DNA of 51,731 nucleotides from a virus: the IMG/VR virus record IMGVR_UViG_3300045988_035990. The stretch is one strand, 5' to 3'. The position numbers were made by a program, and so were the translations under genes. Below the pieces are notes generated by a model. The model was not told where the DNA came from. It did no database searches and was given only the letters and a program-made list of their open reading frames with translations. Shown here one piece after another: positions 34,934-45,734 of this stretch (position 1 is the first letter of the stretch; every line of letters begins with the position of its first letter).

Positions 34934-37900
34934 ATGGCAGATGTAAACGGGGGCGCATTGTCCTTTACGTCCATTATGGACAATGACCAAATGAACGCGG
35001 CGATTGAAGAAACATTGCGCCGTGTTCAAGGCTTTTCGGATGCCGTTGTTGGAAGCGGTGACACGATGGACAACACAACGCAAGAAATCGTTGAAAGCAT
35101 CCAAATCCAAAAGCGCGTCATCGAAGAATTGGAAAAGACCGTTGCGGACTTGAACGAACGCATCAATTCCGTTGAACCCGGCACGGCGCAAGATGCGTTG
35201 ATTGAACAAGCGAACGCGGCACGCGCGGAACTTGACGGGGAGAAACAAGGCATGGTTGCCTTGATTAACGAATTGAACAACTTGCAACGCGCCAATGAGG
35301 GTGCAGCATCAGCAAGTGAGGACATCCGCAACGGACTTTCCCAAATCGGCGCGGCGTGTGAAATGCACGAAAACGCGATTGCCGCCCTAAAAAAAGAATA
35401 TGAGCAAATAACCCAAACGATGAACGGCGCGTTGAAAAGCGGCAACGATAATGAATATCGTGCCTTGCGTGACCGCGCCCAAGCCATCAAGGGTGAAATC
35501 GCAACCCGCAAATCCTTGTTGAACGAGTTGCGCGAGCAATCAGACGCGCTGGAAGATGAAGCAAGCCGGATGGAACAGGCAAGGGCGGCAGCGGAAAACA
35601 CCGCACAAGCCCATGTTTCGTTGCGTCAGCAAATTCGCGCCTTGAAAGAAGAAATGGCGGATGCGGTTGCCAACGGCATTGACGAGCAATCCGAAGCATA
35701 CAAAAGGATGGTGAATGAACTTGGACGTTTACAGGACATCCAAGGCGACATCCAATCACAAGGAAGCGTTCTTGCAAACGATGAAGCGACATTTGCGGGC
35801 ATTTTGTCCGGCTTGAATGGTGTTGTTGGCGGATTCACGGCGGCACAAGGCGCGGTTGCTTTGTTTGCCGGAGAAAACGAAAATTTGCAAAAGATAATGT
35901 TGAAAGTGCAATCCCTTATGTCAATCACGATGGGATTGCAACAGGTGGCGCAAACCTTGAACAAGGATTCCGCGTTTTCCCTTATCACATTGAACAAGGC
36001 AAAGGAATGGTGGAATAACTTGTTGGCGGTCGGTCGTGGTGAACAAATCGCATCCACGGCGGCAACGGCGGCAGATACAACGGCAACCATCGCGTCCACG
36101 GCGGCAACAACCGGAAATGCGGCGGCAGAACAGGCGAGCAACACCGCAAAGACCGCAAGCGTTGGAGCATCAACGGGGGCGGCAGCAGCGCAAGCCGTAC
36201 AAACCGCATCGGCAACCGCCGGAACGGTGGCAAACATCGGACTTGCCGGAGCATTCCGCATGGTCGGCGCGGCAATCAAATCCATTCCGGTGTTCGGTTG
36301 GATTCTTGCCGGAATATCCGCGTTGATTGCGCTTGTGTCGCATTTCGTAAGCAAGGCGAACGAATCCAAGAAAGCAACCGAAGAATGGTATGATGCCATT
36401 GCGGAAAACGCTTACAAGCCCATTGCATCCATCATGGAGTTGTCCGACAATTGGAATGCACTTGGCAACGACCTTGAAGCCAAGAAACAATTCATTGAAA
36501 ACAACAAGAAAGCGTTTGAGGATTTGGGCGTTTCCGTTCGTGATGTGGTTGATGCAGAAAATGTCCTTGTTGCTAACAAAACGGCGTTCATCAATGCGCA
36601 AATCGAAAAGGCGAAAGCCACAATCTATTTGCAGCAAGCACAAGAAAAGGTCAAGGAACTAATCAAGAAAGAACAGGAATACAACGCGATGTCGGACACG
36701 AAATCCATGTGGGTTCAGACATCAACGTTCGGCACGGGTTATTGGGTGGAAACCGCCAACAATGAAAAGAAGAAAGCGAAAACCGCCCTTGATGGTTTGC
36801 GTGCGGAAATATCAAGAGGATTTCAGAACGCCGCCAACGCCGAAAGGAACGGATGGAATATCCTTAAAAAAGCCGGAATTGGTGCAACGCAAACGTACAC
36901 GAAAGGTTCACTTGGTGCGATTGAGCAAGCCATTCAGTTGAAACAAGAAGCCTTGAAACACCTTACAAATAACGATGATTACAAAAAGGCTATGGCGGAA
37001 ATTGAGAAATTGCAGAAGCAAGCCGACAAAATCACCGGAAAGACAACGACATCATCCGGGAGTGGTGGCAGCAGCAGCCATCATCGTTCATCCGGTGGAG
37101 GTGGCACGAAGAAAGATGCGTTCCTTGAAAAGCTGGCGAAATACAAAAGCGAATATTCCCGCTTTTTGAAATGGGTCAATTCCAACGACCCAATCATTCA
37201 GCAAGCGGCTAAAAAGGAATTTGGCGGGCTTTTGAAACAGGGTGCAACGTACATTGATTATTTGAAGAACCAACGCGACATCATCTTGCAAGTTGACGTT
37301 GCCAATCGTTCCAAGACGCAAAACAAGCAGTTGCGCCAACTGAATGATGCCATCGCGGAAGAAACAAAGAAAACCGTCCTTGAAGCGTTCAACAATGAAT
37401 TGTCGGATTCCCTGTCAAACGCAAAGACCGTCATAGAAATGTTGAACGTCATCGAAGCGAAGCGCAAGCAGCTTGCCAACGATGGAACGGAACTTGACAA
37501 CGCCGAAAAAGAAGCCCTTGACAATGCCGAAAAGCAAGCACAGGAAAAGGCGAAGCAACAAACGGACGCATTGTTGACCGAATACGCATCATTTGTGGAG
37601 CAGAAACGCCGCCTTGAAGAACAATTCAACGCCGACATGGAATTATTGACCCGCAAGCGCGCAAAGGCATCCACGGACGCGGAAAGGGCGGAAATCGACC
37701 AAGCAATCGCCAACCGAACAAAGAAGTACAACACGGACACAAGCAAGGTCGGCGATTATGATGCCATCTTGAACCAATATGGCGGATATGAGCAGAAAAA
37801 GGAACGCATCGCGGAACAATACGCCGAACGCCGCCGGATTGCAGAATTGAACGGCAACAAAGATTTGCTTGAAAAACTTGCAAAGGCGGAACAAGACGAA

Positions 37901-39349
37901 CTTTCCAAGTTGCAAAGCGACTTGATTAAAAATTCCGGAGATTGGCAAAACCTTTTCGGCAACCTTGACGAGTTGACAACAAAGACCATCAAGCAGCTAA
38001 TCGCCAAGATTGAGGGCATGAAAGCAACCATCGGCGTTGACTTGAATCCGCAAGACTTGAAAGCCTTGACCGACCAATTGAACAAGGCACGTTCGGAGGT
38101 TGAGAAGCGCAACCCGTTCACCACCCTTGGCGCGACGTGGAAGCGTCTAAAAGAAGCAACCAAGGATGGCAAGGGATTGGGAAGCGATGAAGCCAAGAAA
38201 GCGACCAAGGACGTTGCAACCGCCGTTTCCGGTTCGATTGACCTTATCAACGGAACATTCAACGCCGTAACGAACGGATTGCAAAAGATGGGCGTTTCGA
38301 TGGATGAAGAAACCCAAGCCATATTGGGCGACATCGGCGGCATCATGGATGGTGCAAGCCAAGTTGCGCAAGGTATCGCGACCGGAAACCCGCTTTCAGT
38401 CATTCAAGGTTCAATCGGCTTGTTGTCATCCGCCTTTGATTTGTTCAATTCGCGCGACCGCAAGGCAGAAAAGCAAATCAAGAAGCATCAAAAGGCAATC
38501 AAGCAGCTTGAAAACGCTTACAAGCAACTTGAATGGCAGATTGGCAAGGCGTTGGGCGGCGAGGTTTACAAGAACCAACAAGCAGCCATCCGCAACATGA
38601 AAGAGCAACAAGAACACTTGAAAGCATCATGGGAAGCGGAAGAAAGCAAGAAGAAAACCGACCACGACCGCGTGAATGATTTCAAGGAGCAATATGCGGA
38701 ACTTGGGCGACAAATCGAAGATATGATTGACGAAATATCCAACGACTTGTTGCAGACAACCGCAAAGGACTTTGCAAACGACTTGGGCGATGCGCTGGTT
38801 GAAGCATTCAGCAAGGGCGAAGATGCGGCAAAAGCGATGGAAACAACCGTCAATTCCGTTTTGAAAAACCTTGTCGTGAACCAATTGAAGAAGAAATTCT
38901 TGGAAAACCAATTGCAAGGCGCGTTGGATAAATTGGAAAAGGACATGGGTTATTGGAACGGCGATGATTTCGTCTTTGATGGATTGACACAAGCGGAGAT
39001 TGACCGATTCAAAAGCGCGGTCGGTGCGGCATCAAGCAATTTCAACCAAGCCTTGAAGCAATACGAAGAAATATTCAAGGACATGGGCTTGGATGATACC
39101 GATGAATCGTTGACCAGGGCGGCTAAGGGAATAAGCGAGGAATCCGCGAACATCCTTGCCGGGCAGATGAACGCCATCCGCATCAATCAGATTGACGCGA
39201 ACGAAGTCTTGCGCCAATCGTTGCAAGCATTGAATACGATTGCAATCAATACGTCATACAACAAGTATTTGTCGCGAATTGAACGCATCATCACAATATT
39301 GGAATCCAACCAAGGCGGAAACGCATTGCGTTCGCAAGGTTTGTCCTAA
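34934..39349 (+). CDS. tape measure protein
   Basis: 1471 aa, coiled-coil rich, with an Ala/Thr-rich hydrophobic central segment. Confidence 0.85.
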   Translation: MADVNGGALSFTSIMDNDQMNAAIEETLRRVQGFSDAVVGSGDTMDNTTQEIVESIQIQKRVIEELEKTVADLNERINSVEPGTAQDALIEQANAARAELDGEKQGMVALINELNNLQRANEGAASASEDIRNGLSQIGAACEMHENAIAALKKEYEQITQTMNGALKSGNDNEYRALRDRAQAIKGEIATRKSLLNELREQSDALEDEASRMEQARAAAENTAQAHVSLRQQIRALKEEMADAVANGIDEQSEAYKRMVNELGRLQDIQGDIQSQGSVLANDEATFAGILSGLNGVVGGFTAAQGAVALFAGENENLQKIMLKVQSLMSITMGLQQVAQTLNKDSAFSLITLNKAKEWWNNLLAVGRGEQIASTAATAADTTATIASTAATTGNAAAEQASNTAKTASVGASTGAAAAQAVQTASATAGTVANIGLAGAFRMVGAAIKSIPVFGWILAGISALIALVSHFVSKANESKKATEEWYDAIAENAYKPIASIMELSDNWNALGNDLEAKKQFIENNKKAFEDLGVSVRDVVDAENVLVANKTAFINAQIEKAKATIYLQQAQEKVKELIKKEQEYNAMSDTKSMWVQTSTFGTGYWVETANNEKKKAKTALDGLRAEISRGFQNAANAERNGWNILKKAGIGATQTYTKGSLGAIEQAIQLKQEALKHLTNNDDYKKAMAEIEKLQKQADKITGKTTTSSGSGGSSSHHRSSGGGGTKKDAFLEKLAKYKSEYSRFLKWVNSNDPIIQQAAKKEFGGLLKQGATYIDYLKNQRDIILQVDVANRSKTQNKQLRQLNDAIAEETKKTVLEAFNNELSDSLSNAKTVIEMLNVIEAKRKQLANDGTELDNAEKEALDNAEKQAQEKAKQQTDALLTEYASFVEQKRRLEEQFNADMELLTRKRAKASTDAERAEIDQAIANRTKKYNTDTSKVGDYDAILNQYGGYEQKKERIAEQYAERRRIAELNGNKDLLEKLAKAEQDELSKLQSDLIKNSGDWQNLFGNLDELTTKTIKQLIAKIEGMKATIGVDLNPQDLKALTDQLNKARSEVEKRNPFTTLGATWKRLKEATKDGKGLGSDEAKKATKDVATAVSGSIDLINGTFNAVTNGLQKMGVSMDEETQAILGDIGGIMDGASQVAQGIATGNPLSVIQGSIGLLSSAFDLFNSRDRKAEKQIKKHQKAIKQLENAYKQLEWQIGKALGGEVYKNQQAAIRNMKEQQEHLKASWEAEESKKKTDHDRVNDFKEQYAELGRQIEDMIDEISNDLLQTTAKDFANDLGDALVEAFSKGEDAAKAMETTVNSVLKNLVVNQLKKKFLENQLQGALDKLEKDMGYWNGDDFVFDGLTQAEIDRFKSAVGAASSNFNQALKQYEEIFKDMGLDDTDESLTRAAKGISEESANILAGQMNAIRINQIDANEVLRQSLQALNTIAINTSYNKYLSRIERIITILESNQGGNALRSQGLS

Positions 39350-39361
39350 ACTCAAAAAGAA

Positions 39362-39877
39362 ATGACAATGAACAACAAAGTAACAAAACATCTTGCCAAG
39401 GCAGCACAGGCGAACGGTATTTGCACGCCTTGGTTGAACGAGTTGAAAAGCCTTGATGACAAGGACGCGTTGGTGGATATGTACATTCGCGGCATTGATT
39501 TTTGCCTTGAACACGATTACCCATCCAACGATTTCATCCGTGAGAATTTCAAGGGCGTAATGGAGAAACACGGCGTGTTCCTTGATGATGCAATTGCATT
39601 GCAAGACCAATCCAAGTGCATTGCGCTTGGGGCGACAAATGGCAAAGTCACGGCAACCGGATATTCAGTTTCGGAAGTATGGGCAAAGCATGATTCCGCG
39701 TTGAATATCGTTGCAAAGGACAATGCCTTTGTCATGGTTGACGTGTACGACAACGCCGTTGTGAATGTCATCGCAAGCGACCGGGCGAAAGTTTGTGTGA
39801 ACCATCACGGCGGTAAAGTGATACATAAAGCCACGGGCGATGCCGTGGTGAAAATCCGGGAGAAGTCAAACAAGTAA
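39362..39877 (+). CDS. hypothetical tail-module protein
   Basis: 171 aa. Confidence 0.55.
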   Translation: MTMNNKVTKHLAKAAQANGICTPWLNELKSLDDKDALVDMYIRGIDFCLEHDYPSNDFIRENFKGVMEKHGVFLDDAIALQDQSKCIALGATNGKVTATGYSVSEVWAKHDSALNIVAKDNAFVMVDVYDNAVVNVIASDRAKVCVNHHGGKVIHKATGDAVVKIREKSNK

Positions 39878-39889
39878 ATTGAACCATTT

Positions 39890-41095
39890 ATGGACAACAA
39901 AAATATTATCTTTCAAATGCCATTCGATGAAAGCGATGGCGCGCTTGTCGCTTATGACTATTCATCGAACCGCGCCGATGGCGTTGTGTCCGGTGCGCAT
40001 TTCGTTCAAGGAAAGAATGGCAACGCCATTTCCTTTTCCGGCGATGATACTTGCGAGGTTGACAAAAGCGTATTGCCCACCCTTTCCGTTGACTTTTCAA
40101 TGTTGATGTGGGTGAATGGTGCGGAATGCGAGGTTGGCACGCCAACACAATTGATTTGGATGCTTGCTTTCGCCGGGCTTGACAATTACGTTGAAGTTCC
40201 CATCGAAGCGAAATCCGGAACTTGGTTTTCGCTTGCGCTGGTTAAACAGGGCGTAAAATATCGCTTTTATGTCAATTCATCATTGATTAAGGAGGTGACG
40301 AACGGCGGCACGCTGCAAGGCGTATCGCTTAACCAAGACCATTATGGCGGCGATTATGGCTTTGGCTTGCTGGATGATGTCAAGATGTACAATCTTGCAT
40401 TGTCACAACAAGACTTAATTTCGGAAATATCATCCGCCAAACAACAGGCATACACCATTGACGGACACGATTTCAAGGATTATGGAATCTATGTGTCGGC
40501 ATCCGATGGCTTGTTGTCGCGTCCGAAACTGAAAGACCCGTTGACGGTCAATTGGGACAACTATCATGGCGAAAGCGTGGATTTGATGCACAAGTTCATT
40601 GAAGCGCGCGACATCACGTTGTCTTGCTTTGTCAAGGCAGAATCAAAGATTGATTTCATCAAGCGCGTGAACGACTTTGCGCATCTATTCGACAAAAAAG
40701 GAACGAATCGCCTTGTCGTTGACGTGCATCCGGTGAAACCTTTGATTTACGAAGTTTACATCAAGGATGAAATCGAAGTTTCAAAGACTTGGAACGATTC
40801 GTTGATGGTCGGCACGTTCAAGTTGAAGTTGCGCGAACCCGAACCCGTCAAAAAGGTGTTGAAGCATATCCGTGTAAGCGAAGCGACAAAGACTTGCGAA
40901 ATCACCTTGACATCAACCAAGTATGTGAACATATATTGGGGCGATGGCAATGTTGATTATGACATCGCGGGCAAGGATGTGTCAGTACAACACGAATACA
41001 CCGAAAACGGCGATTATTTCCCCGTTGTCACGGGTTGCATTGATGAAATCACATCATTCACCACAAACGCCATTATCGTATGGGAGCGAATATAA
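39890..41095 (+). CDS. distal tail protein (Dit-like) with an N-terminal LamG/concanavalin-like domain
   Basis: N-terminal ...VSGAHFVQGKNGNAISFSGDD...FSMLMWVNG...YRFYVNSSL (LamG pattern). Position after the tape measure gene. Confidence 0.55.
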   Translation: MDNKNIIFQMPFDESDGALVAYDYSSNRADGVVSGAHFVQGKNGNAISFSGDDTCEVDKSVLPTLSVDFSMLMWVNGAECEVGTPTQLIWMLAFAGLDNYVEVPIEAKSGTWFSLALVKQGVKYRFYVNSSLIKEVTNGGTLQGVSLNQDHYGGDYGFGLLDDVKMYNLALSQQDLISEISSAKQQAYTIDGHDFKDYGIYVSASDGLLSRPKLKDPLTVNWDNYHGESVDLMHKFIEARDITLSCFVKAESKIDFIKRVNDFAHLFDKKGTNRLVVDVHPVKPLIYEVYIKDEIEVSKTWNDSLMVGTFKLKLREPEPVKKVLKHIRVSEATKTCEITLTSTKYVNIYWGDGNVDYDIAGKDVSVQHEYTENGDYFPVVTGCIDEITSFTTNAIIVWERI

Positions 41096-44000
41096 TTATC
41101 ACAAAACCGAATGGAAGCCGTGTGCCTATGGAATCAAGGGCAACGGCAACCGCCATCACCGCCGCAAAGCAGACTTGGGCGTTGAATGCAGAAGATACAA
41201 TTGCCATCACGGTTGTTTCCCCATTCCCGCAATCATACGGGATTGGGGACGTGATAACCGTGTTCGGGCGTGACTATCGTTTGAACCGCTTGCCAAAGGT
41301 CAGCAAAACAGGAATGCAAGAATACCAATATGATTTGGAGTTTGAGGGCATCCAATACGACCTTATGCGCGTGACGTATGACGTGAACATCAACACCACG
41401 AACAACCAATTACAGGATATCCAAGGCGATTCCTTGACGGGTGACTTGAAAAGGTTCATGGAGGTGTTGATAAGTAACGCAAACCGCGTATTCCCCGGCA
41501 AATGGGCGTTGGGAGTATGCCCGGAAACGGATGGCGACAATACTTTGACGTTTTCGGAATCAGACAATTGCTTGTCGGTGCTGCAAACCTTGTGTTCGGA
41601 AGATAAGTTTGGCGTTGAATTTGAGATTGAACGCGTCAACGGCGTTTATGTCATCAACATCAAAAAGACCATCGGACAAACCTTGCCTTTCGTGCTGGAG
41701 TACGGCAAGGGCAAGGGCTTATATTCCATTTCGCGTGAAAACGTTTCATCCTCAAACATCGTCACACGATTAAAGGTGTACGGAAGCACGGAAAACATCA
41801 CGTCAAAATATCGCGCCGACCGCCTTTGTATGTTTGGCAAGGACAAGGCATCATCTTACATCGAAAAGGCGGATGCCGTGGCGAAATACGGCATCTTTGA
41901 GGGTCGCAAGAATTTCGACATCAAGCCGACATTCACGGGCAAGGTCTCATCCGTTGTTGATGGCGATGTGTTGTCATTCATTGACACGTCATTTCCATTC
42001 GACATCAACGCAAAGAACGCATCCGGCGAAACCCTGTATTTGATTTCCGGGGTGTCCGCCAAGGTGCATTTCAATTCCGGAAACCTTGCCGGATATGAAT
42101 TTGAGGTTCACGCATACGACCACGCGACACGAAAGTTCACGTTGGTAAAGCAAACCGATGACCGGGGAAACGTGTTCCCATCTGAAACATCGCCCGCGTT
42201 CCAAATCGGCAAAAACGACACATACAAGGTGCTTGACATCGCTTATTCGCGTGACATCGAAGAAGCAGCAGAAAAGAAGCTGGCGGAAGAGGGCAACAAG
42301 TATTATGACCAAAATTCACAACCAAAGGTTCAATATTCGGTGAACGTGACAAAGGCGTTTATCGAAAACAAACTTGCGTTGTCGGATGGCATCACGAATG
42401 TATTTGCGCCGGGCGATTATTTGCCAATCAAGGATGATGAAATTGGCGTTGACAAGTCAATCCGCATCAAGTCATTCACGCGCAACGTGCTTGACCCATA
42501 CGATTATTCGTTGACCATTTCGGACACACAAACAAAGGGCGACATCACAACGCGCGTGATTTCCGACCTTGTGGACATTGACAAGGTGTTGACCATCAAC
42601 AACCTAAAAGACCCGGCACAGGCGCGCGCAAATTGGCGTTCATCGCGTGAAGTCTTGAACATGGTGTTCGACCCGGAAACGGGCGGTTATTACAAGGACA
42701 AAATCACGCCGGAATCCGTGGACACAATGATGTTGTCAGTTGGCGCGAAGTCAATGCAATTCGGCTTGATAAACACCGTCTTTGAACCGAACTTTAATGG
42801 AAACCCGAACTTGTTCAAGTGGAAAGGTGGCGTTCTTACACATTACACCATTGACCCCGACAAGGCGCGTTCGTGGGTGCTGGCGGATGGAACAACGGCA
42901 TTGCAACAGGATGTGCCATATTACATCTATGCAGTTTGCAACCGCGACAATTCAGCCGGAACAATGAGCATTTCGGCAACACAACACAAGGTTGAAGAAT
43001 TGCCGAACGTGTATTTCTTTCTGATTGGAATCTTGGGAAGTATTGACGCGGACACAAAGGTTCGTGCCATTTCCTTGACGTATGGTTTCACGACCATCAA
43101 CGGACGATTCATCAAGACCGGACGCATCGAATCGGCGGATGGTACAACATATTTCGACCTTGACCAATCCGAAATTGGCGGGCGAATCGTGTTCACGCAA
43201 AACGGGCAAGAAAAAACGCTTGAAGAACTTGGCAGCGAAGCAATGGAAAGCAAGGATTTCATCAACAACACATTGCCCGGAATCCTTGACGAAATCAAAG
43301 CGCAATTGGATGGTCAGATTGAACAACATTTCTATCAGATAGACCCATCCCCGCTTTCAACCGCGCCGGGTTCGGAAGCTGGTGTTCCGAATAGTGGATG
43401 GACGGATGCCAACACGAAAGAAAACCATCTTGGCGACCTGTATTATAACACGACATCCGGCAAGGTTTGGCGATATGTGAAGATTTCATGGCGACCAAAG
43501 CCGGGATATGCGCCCGGCACATTCTATGTGTGGCAAGAACTGCAAGATTCAGAACTTGCGCAAGCCATCGCGATTGCAAATGAAGCGTTGGAACTTGGCA
43601 AGGAAAAGAACCGCATCTTTACATCAACGCCCGTGACACCTTATGATGTCGGCGACTTGTGGGTTCAAGGTGCGACCGGGGACATCATGCGTTGTAAAAC
43701 GGCAAGGGAATCAGGCGCGTTCACATCATCGGATTGGGAAAGGGCAAGCAAATACACGGATGATTCCGCGTTGAAGAATTTCATCAACGGCGACTTTGCC
43801 AATGCCATTGACACGATGACCGAACAAATTGACGGAAAAATTGAAACGTGGTTTCAGACATCCGACCCGGCATCCAATTGGACAACGGACGCGGAAAAAG
43901 CCAAGCACGTTGGCGATATGTGGTACAATTCAAGCACAAAGTCGTTGAGTTGCTATCGTAAAACATTCCGCTTCGTCAATGGTACGGCAACGGTTGTCTA

Positions 44001-45129
44001 TGTTTGGCGAACAATCGAAGATAAAAAGGCGATTGATGCGTATGATGCAGCAAGCAAGGCACAGGACACCGCCGATGGCAAACGCCGTGTGTTCGTTGCG
44101 CAACCTTATCCACCTTATGATGTCGGCGACTTGTGGGTTGACGGGAAAGAATTGCGCCGTTGCATCACCGCAAGGGCATCCGGTTCGTGGAACACAAATG
44201 ATTGGGTTGTTGCCGTTTATTACGACAACACACAAACAACGATTGATGGCGGAATCGTCACATCCGGAACAATACAGGTTGCGGGCGACAACAAATCCAT
44301 CCTTGCCGGAATCACGGGAAACGGCACGGCATCCGATTCCATCCGCTTTTGGGCTGGAGCGTCATTCGAGAATCGCAAGACCGCGCCTTTCCGCGTCATG
44401 CAAGATGGTTCGGTTGTGATGTCAAAAGCGCAAGTGGAGGGCGTAATAAATGCAATAACGGGTTCAATCGGCGGTTTCCGAATCCAACAAGGTCAAATCG
44501 GATATGGTGGTTCAGACGAACAGGATGCGACAAATGGATTGGCGTTACTCCGTGATTTCATAAGGTTTAACAACGACAAACAATGTGTGTTGCTTGGTTG
44601 CCTGTCATCGCTTGGTTATCCTGTTAATGGTTTTTTGTCATTGACCGACAAAATGGGCACAACGCTTGAATTGCACCACGACAACCCATCAACGAGTGAT
44701 GCAAATAATGAACATTGGTATCATCCAAAAGCCCTTGGTGTATATGGCAATCAATACAATATTGGAAAAGTTGCGGCATTTGAAAATGGGTACATCGGGC
44801 AAGCGTACACGGACATTATAGAATTATGGTTCGGCATTACGCAAAAGTATCATTTCACCGCTAACACGACTAAATATTTGAATGTAAAGTTGCCAACATT
44901 GGCACAGGTGAACAATCAGACAAACAATGTCCCAACAATTTTTGACATCGAAATTGTGTGTGACCGAAACATGGGAAACCGAATAAGAGTTTCACCGCAA
45001 AGCGGATGCACGTTATACAACAACGATGGAAAATCTATTAGTGGAATTGACATGGAGCGTGGCGATTCATTGACGTTGCGTTATTACAATGGTGGATGGA
45101 TGGTTGTTAATAAACAATATACAACATAA
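41080..45129 (+). CDS. tail-associated / tail fibre protein (Tal-like N-terminus, large C-terminal fibre)
   Basis: 1349 aa. Contains an internal 160-aa tandem module (HxGDxxYN...PYDVGDLWV...RC.TAR.SG..DW twice). Confidence 0.7.
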   Translation: MGANIIITKPNGSRVPMESRATATAITAAKQTWALNAEDTIAITVVSPFPQSYGIGDVITVFGRDYRLNRLPKVSKTGMQEYQYDLEFEGIQYDLMRVTYDVNINTTNNQLQDIQGDSLTGDLKRFMEVLISNANRVFPGKWALGVCPETDGDNTLTFSESDNCLSVLQTLCSEDKFGVEFEIERVNGVYVINIKKTIGQTLPFVLEYGKGKGLYSISRENVSSSNIVTRLKVYGSTENITSKYRADRLCMFGKDKASSYIEKADAVAKYGIFEGRKNFDIKPTFTGKVSSVVDGDVLSFIDTSFPFDINAKNASGETLYLISGVSAKVHFNSGNLAGYEFEVHAYDHATRKFTLVKQTDDRGNVFPSETSPAFQIGKNDTYKVLDIAYSRDIEEAAEKKLAEEGNKYYDQNSQPKVQYSVNVTKAFIENKLALSDGITNVFAPGDYLPIKDDEIGVDKSIRIKSFTRNVLDPYDYSLTISDTQTKGDITTRVISDLVDIDKVLTINNLKDPAQARANWRSSREVLNMVFDPETGGYYKDKITPESVDTMMLSVGAKSMQFGLINTVFEPNFNGNPNLFKWKGGVLTHYTIDPDKARSWVLADGTTALQQDVPYYIYAVCNRDNSAGTMSISATQHKVEELPNVYFFLIGILGSIDADTKVRAISLTYGFTTINGRFIKTGRIESADGTTYFDLDQSEIGGRIVFTQNGQEKTLEELGSEAMESKDFINNTLPGILDEIKAQLDGQIEQHFYQIDPSPLSTAPGSEAGVPNSGWTDANTKENHLGDLYYNTTSGKVWRYVKISWRPKPGYAPGTFYVWQELQDSELAQAIAIANEALELGKEKNRIFTSTPVTPYDVGDLWVQGATGDIMRCKTARESGAFTSSDWERASKYTDDSALKNFINGDFANAIDTMTEQIDGKIETWFQTSDPASNWTTDAEKAKHVGDMWYNSSTKSLSCYRKTFRFVNGTATVVYVWRTIEDKKAIDAYDAASKAQDTADGKRRVFVAQPYPPYDVGDLWVDGKELRRCITARASGSWNTNDWVVAVYYDNTQTTIDGGIVTSGTIQVAGDNKSILAGITGNGTASDSIRFWAGASFENRKTAPFRVMQDGSVVMSKAQVEGVINAITGSIGGFRIQQGQIGYGGSDEQDATNGLALLRDFIRFNNDKQCVLLGCLSSLGYPVNGFLSLTDKMGTTLELHHDNPSTSDANNEHWYHPKALGVYGNQYNIGKVAAFENGYIGQAYTDIIELWFGITQKYHFTANTTKYLNVKLPTLAQVNNQTNNVPTIFDIEIVCDRNMGNRIRVSPQSGCTLYNNDGKSISGIDMERGDSLTLRYYNGGWMVVNKQYTT

Positions 45130-45130
45130 T

Positions 45131-45376
45131 ATGGAATATCAATTGGCAAAATACGTTCAAGGTGAACCCCTTGACTTGCGCCGGGTTGACAAAAGCCAAG
45201 GCGCGTATATTACGGAATTGAGAAATGCGGGGTTTCTTGATTTTGTGCCAAGCGAGCAGCCAACGGGCGAACCGGGAACGTCCGTGGTTGAATCGCTTGA
45301 TGTGGTGGATGGAAAGCTGGTGCAATCGTGGCGTGTCGTTGAAGATGCGCCACAAGAAACCGCATTGCCGGGCTAA
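45131..45376 (+). CDS. hypothetical protein
   Basis: 81 aa from the ATG at 45131. Confidence 0.45.
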   Translation: MEYQLAKYVQGEPLDLRRVDKSQGAYITELRNAGFLDFVPSEQPTGEPGTSVVESLDVVDGKLVQSWRVVEDAPQETALPG

Positions 45377-45399
45377 GTTGTGCCTAACTTATCCACAAC

Positions 45400-45432
45400 G
45401 TGTTTCACTATAAAACATATATTGTAAATTTG
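45400..45432 (+). promoter_or_regulatory. palindromic motif (copy c) plus -7 box TAAATTTG
   Basis: gtgtttcactataaaacat at 45400-45418 and taaatttg at 45425-45432, upstream of the DGR and lysis block. Confidence 0.55.
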
Positions 45433-45463
45433 CATTCAAGTTTTTAACGTAAAAAATTGAAGT

Positions 45464-45733
45464 ATGAACACAAGAAGCGGCGAAAGCGTTTCCGCGCAAA
45501 TCGGAAAGATGGGCGTGATTGACCTTGCGAACGGCAATTTCAGCCTTTCGGACGGTCAACCGTTCAACATCAAGAACGATTCTACAAGCCCCGTCAAATT
45601 GTCGGTGCAGCTTGCCGGAATGGATGATGGGGATTTCATCGAAACCAACTTTGAAAGTGGTTGGAATCCCGAAATCGTGAAAGTAATCAAGGCAACATCG
45701 TTGTCGGGTATAAACTTAAAATGGGGCTACTAA
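45464..45733 (+). CDS. hypothetical protein upstream of the DGR target
   Basis: 89 aa. Confidence 0.5.
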   Translation: MNTRSGESVSAQIGKMGVIDLANGNFSLSDGQPFNIKNDSTSPVKLSVQLAGMDDGDFIETNFESGWNPEIVKVIKATSLSGINLKWGY

Positions 45734-45734
45734 T

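Noticed and set aside
35626-36399. 257-aa Ala-rich minus-strand ORF, and other long ORFs inside 34934-39349
   Set aside because: They lie antisense to or out of frame with the tape measure gene, whose biased Ala/Thr/Lys/Glu codon usage keeps alternative frames open.
37040-37110. Ser/Gly/His-rich low-complexity stretch (TTSSGSGGSSSHHRSSGGGG) as a possible repeat element
   Set aside because: It is a short in-frame linker within the tape measure protein. There is no DNA-level tandem repeat unit.
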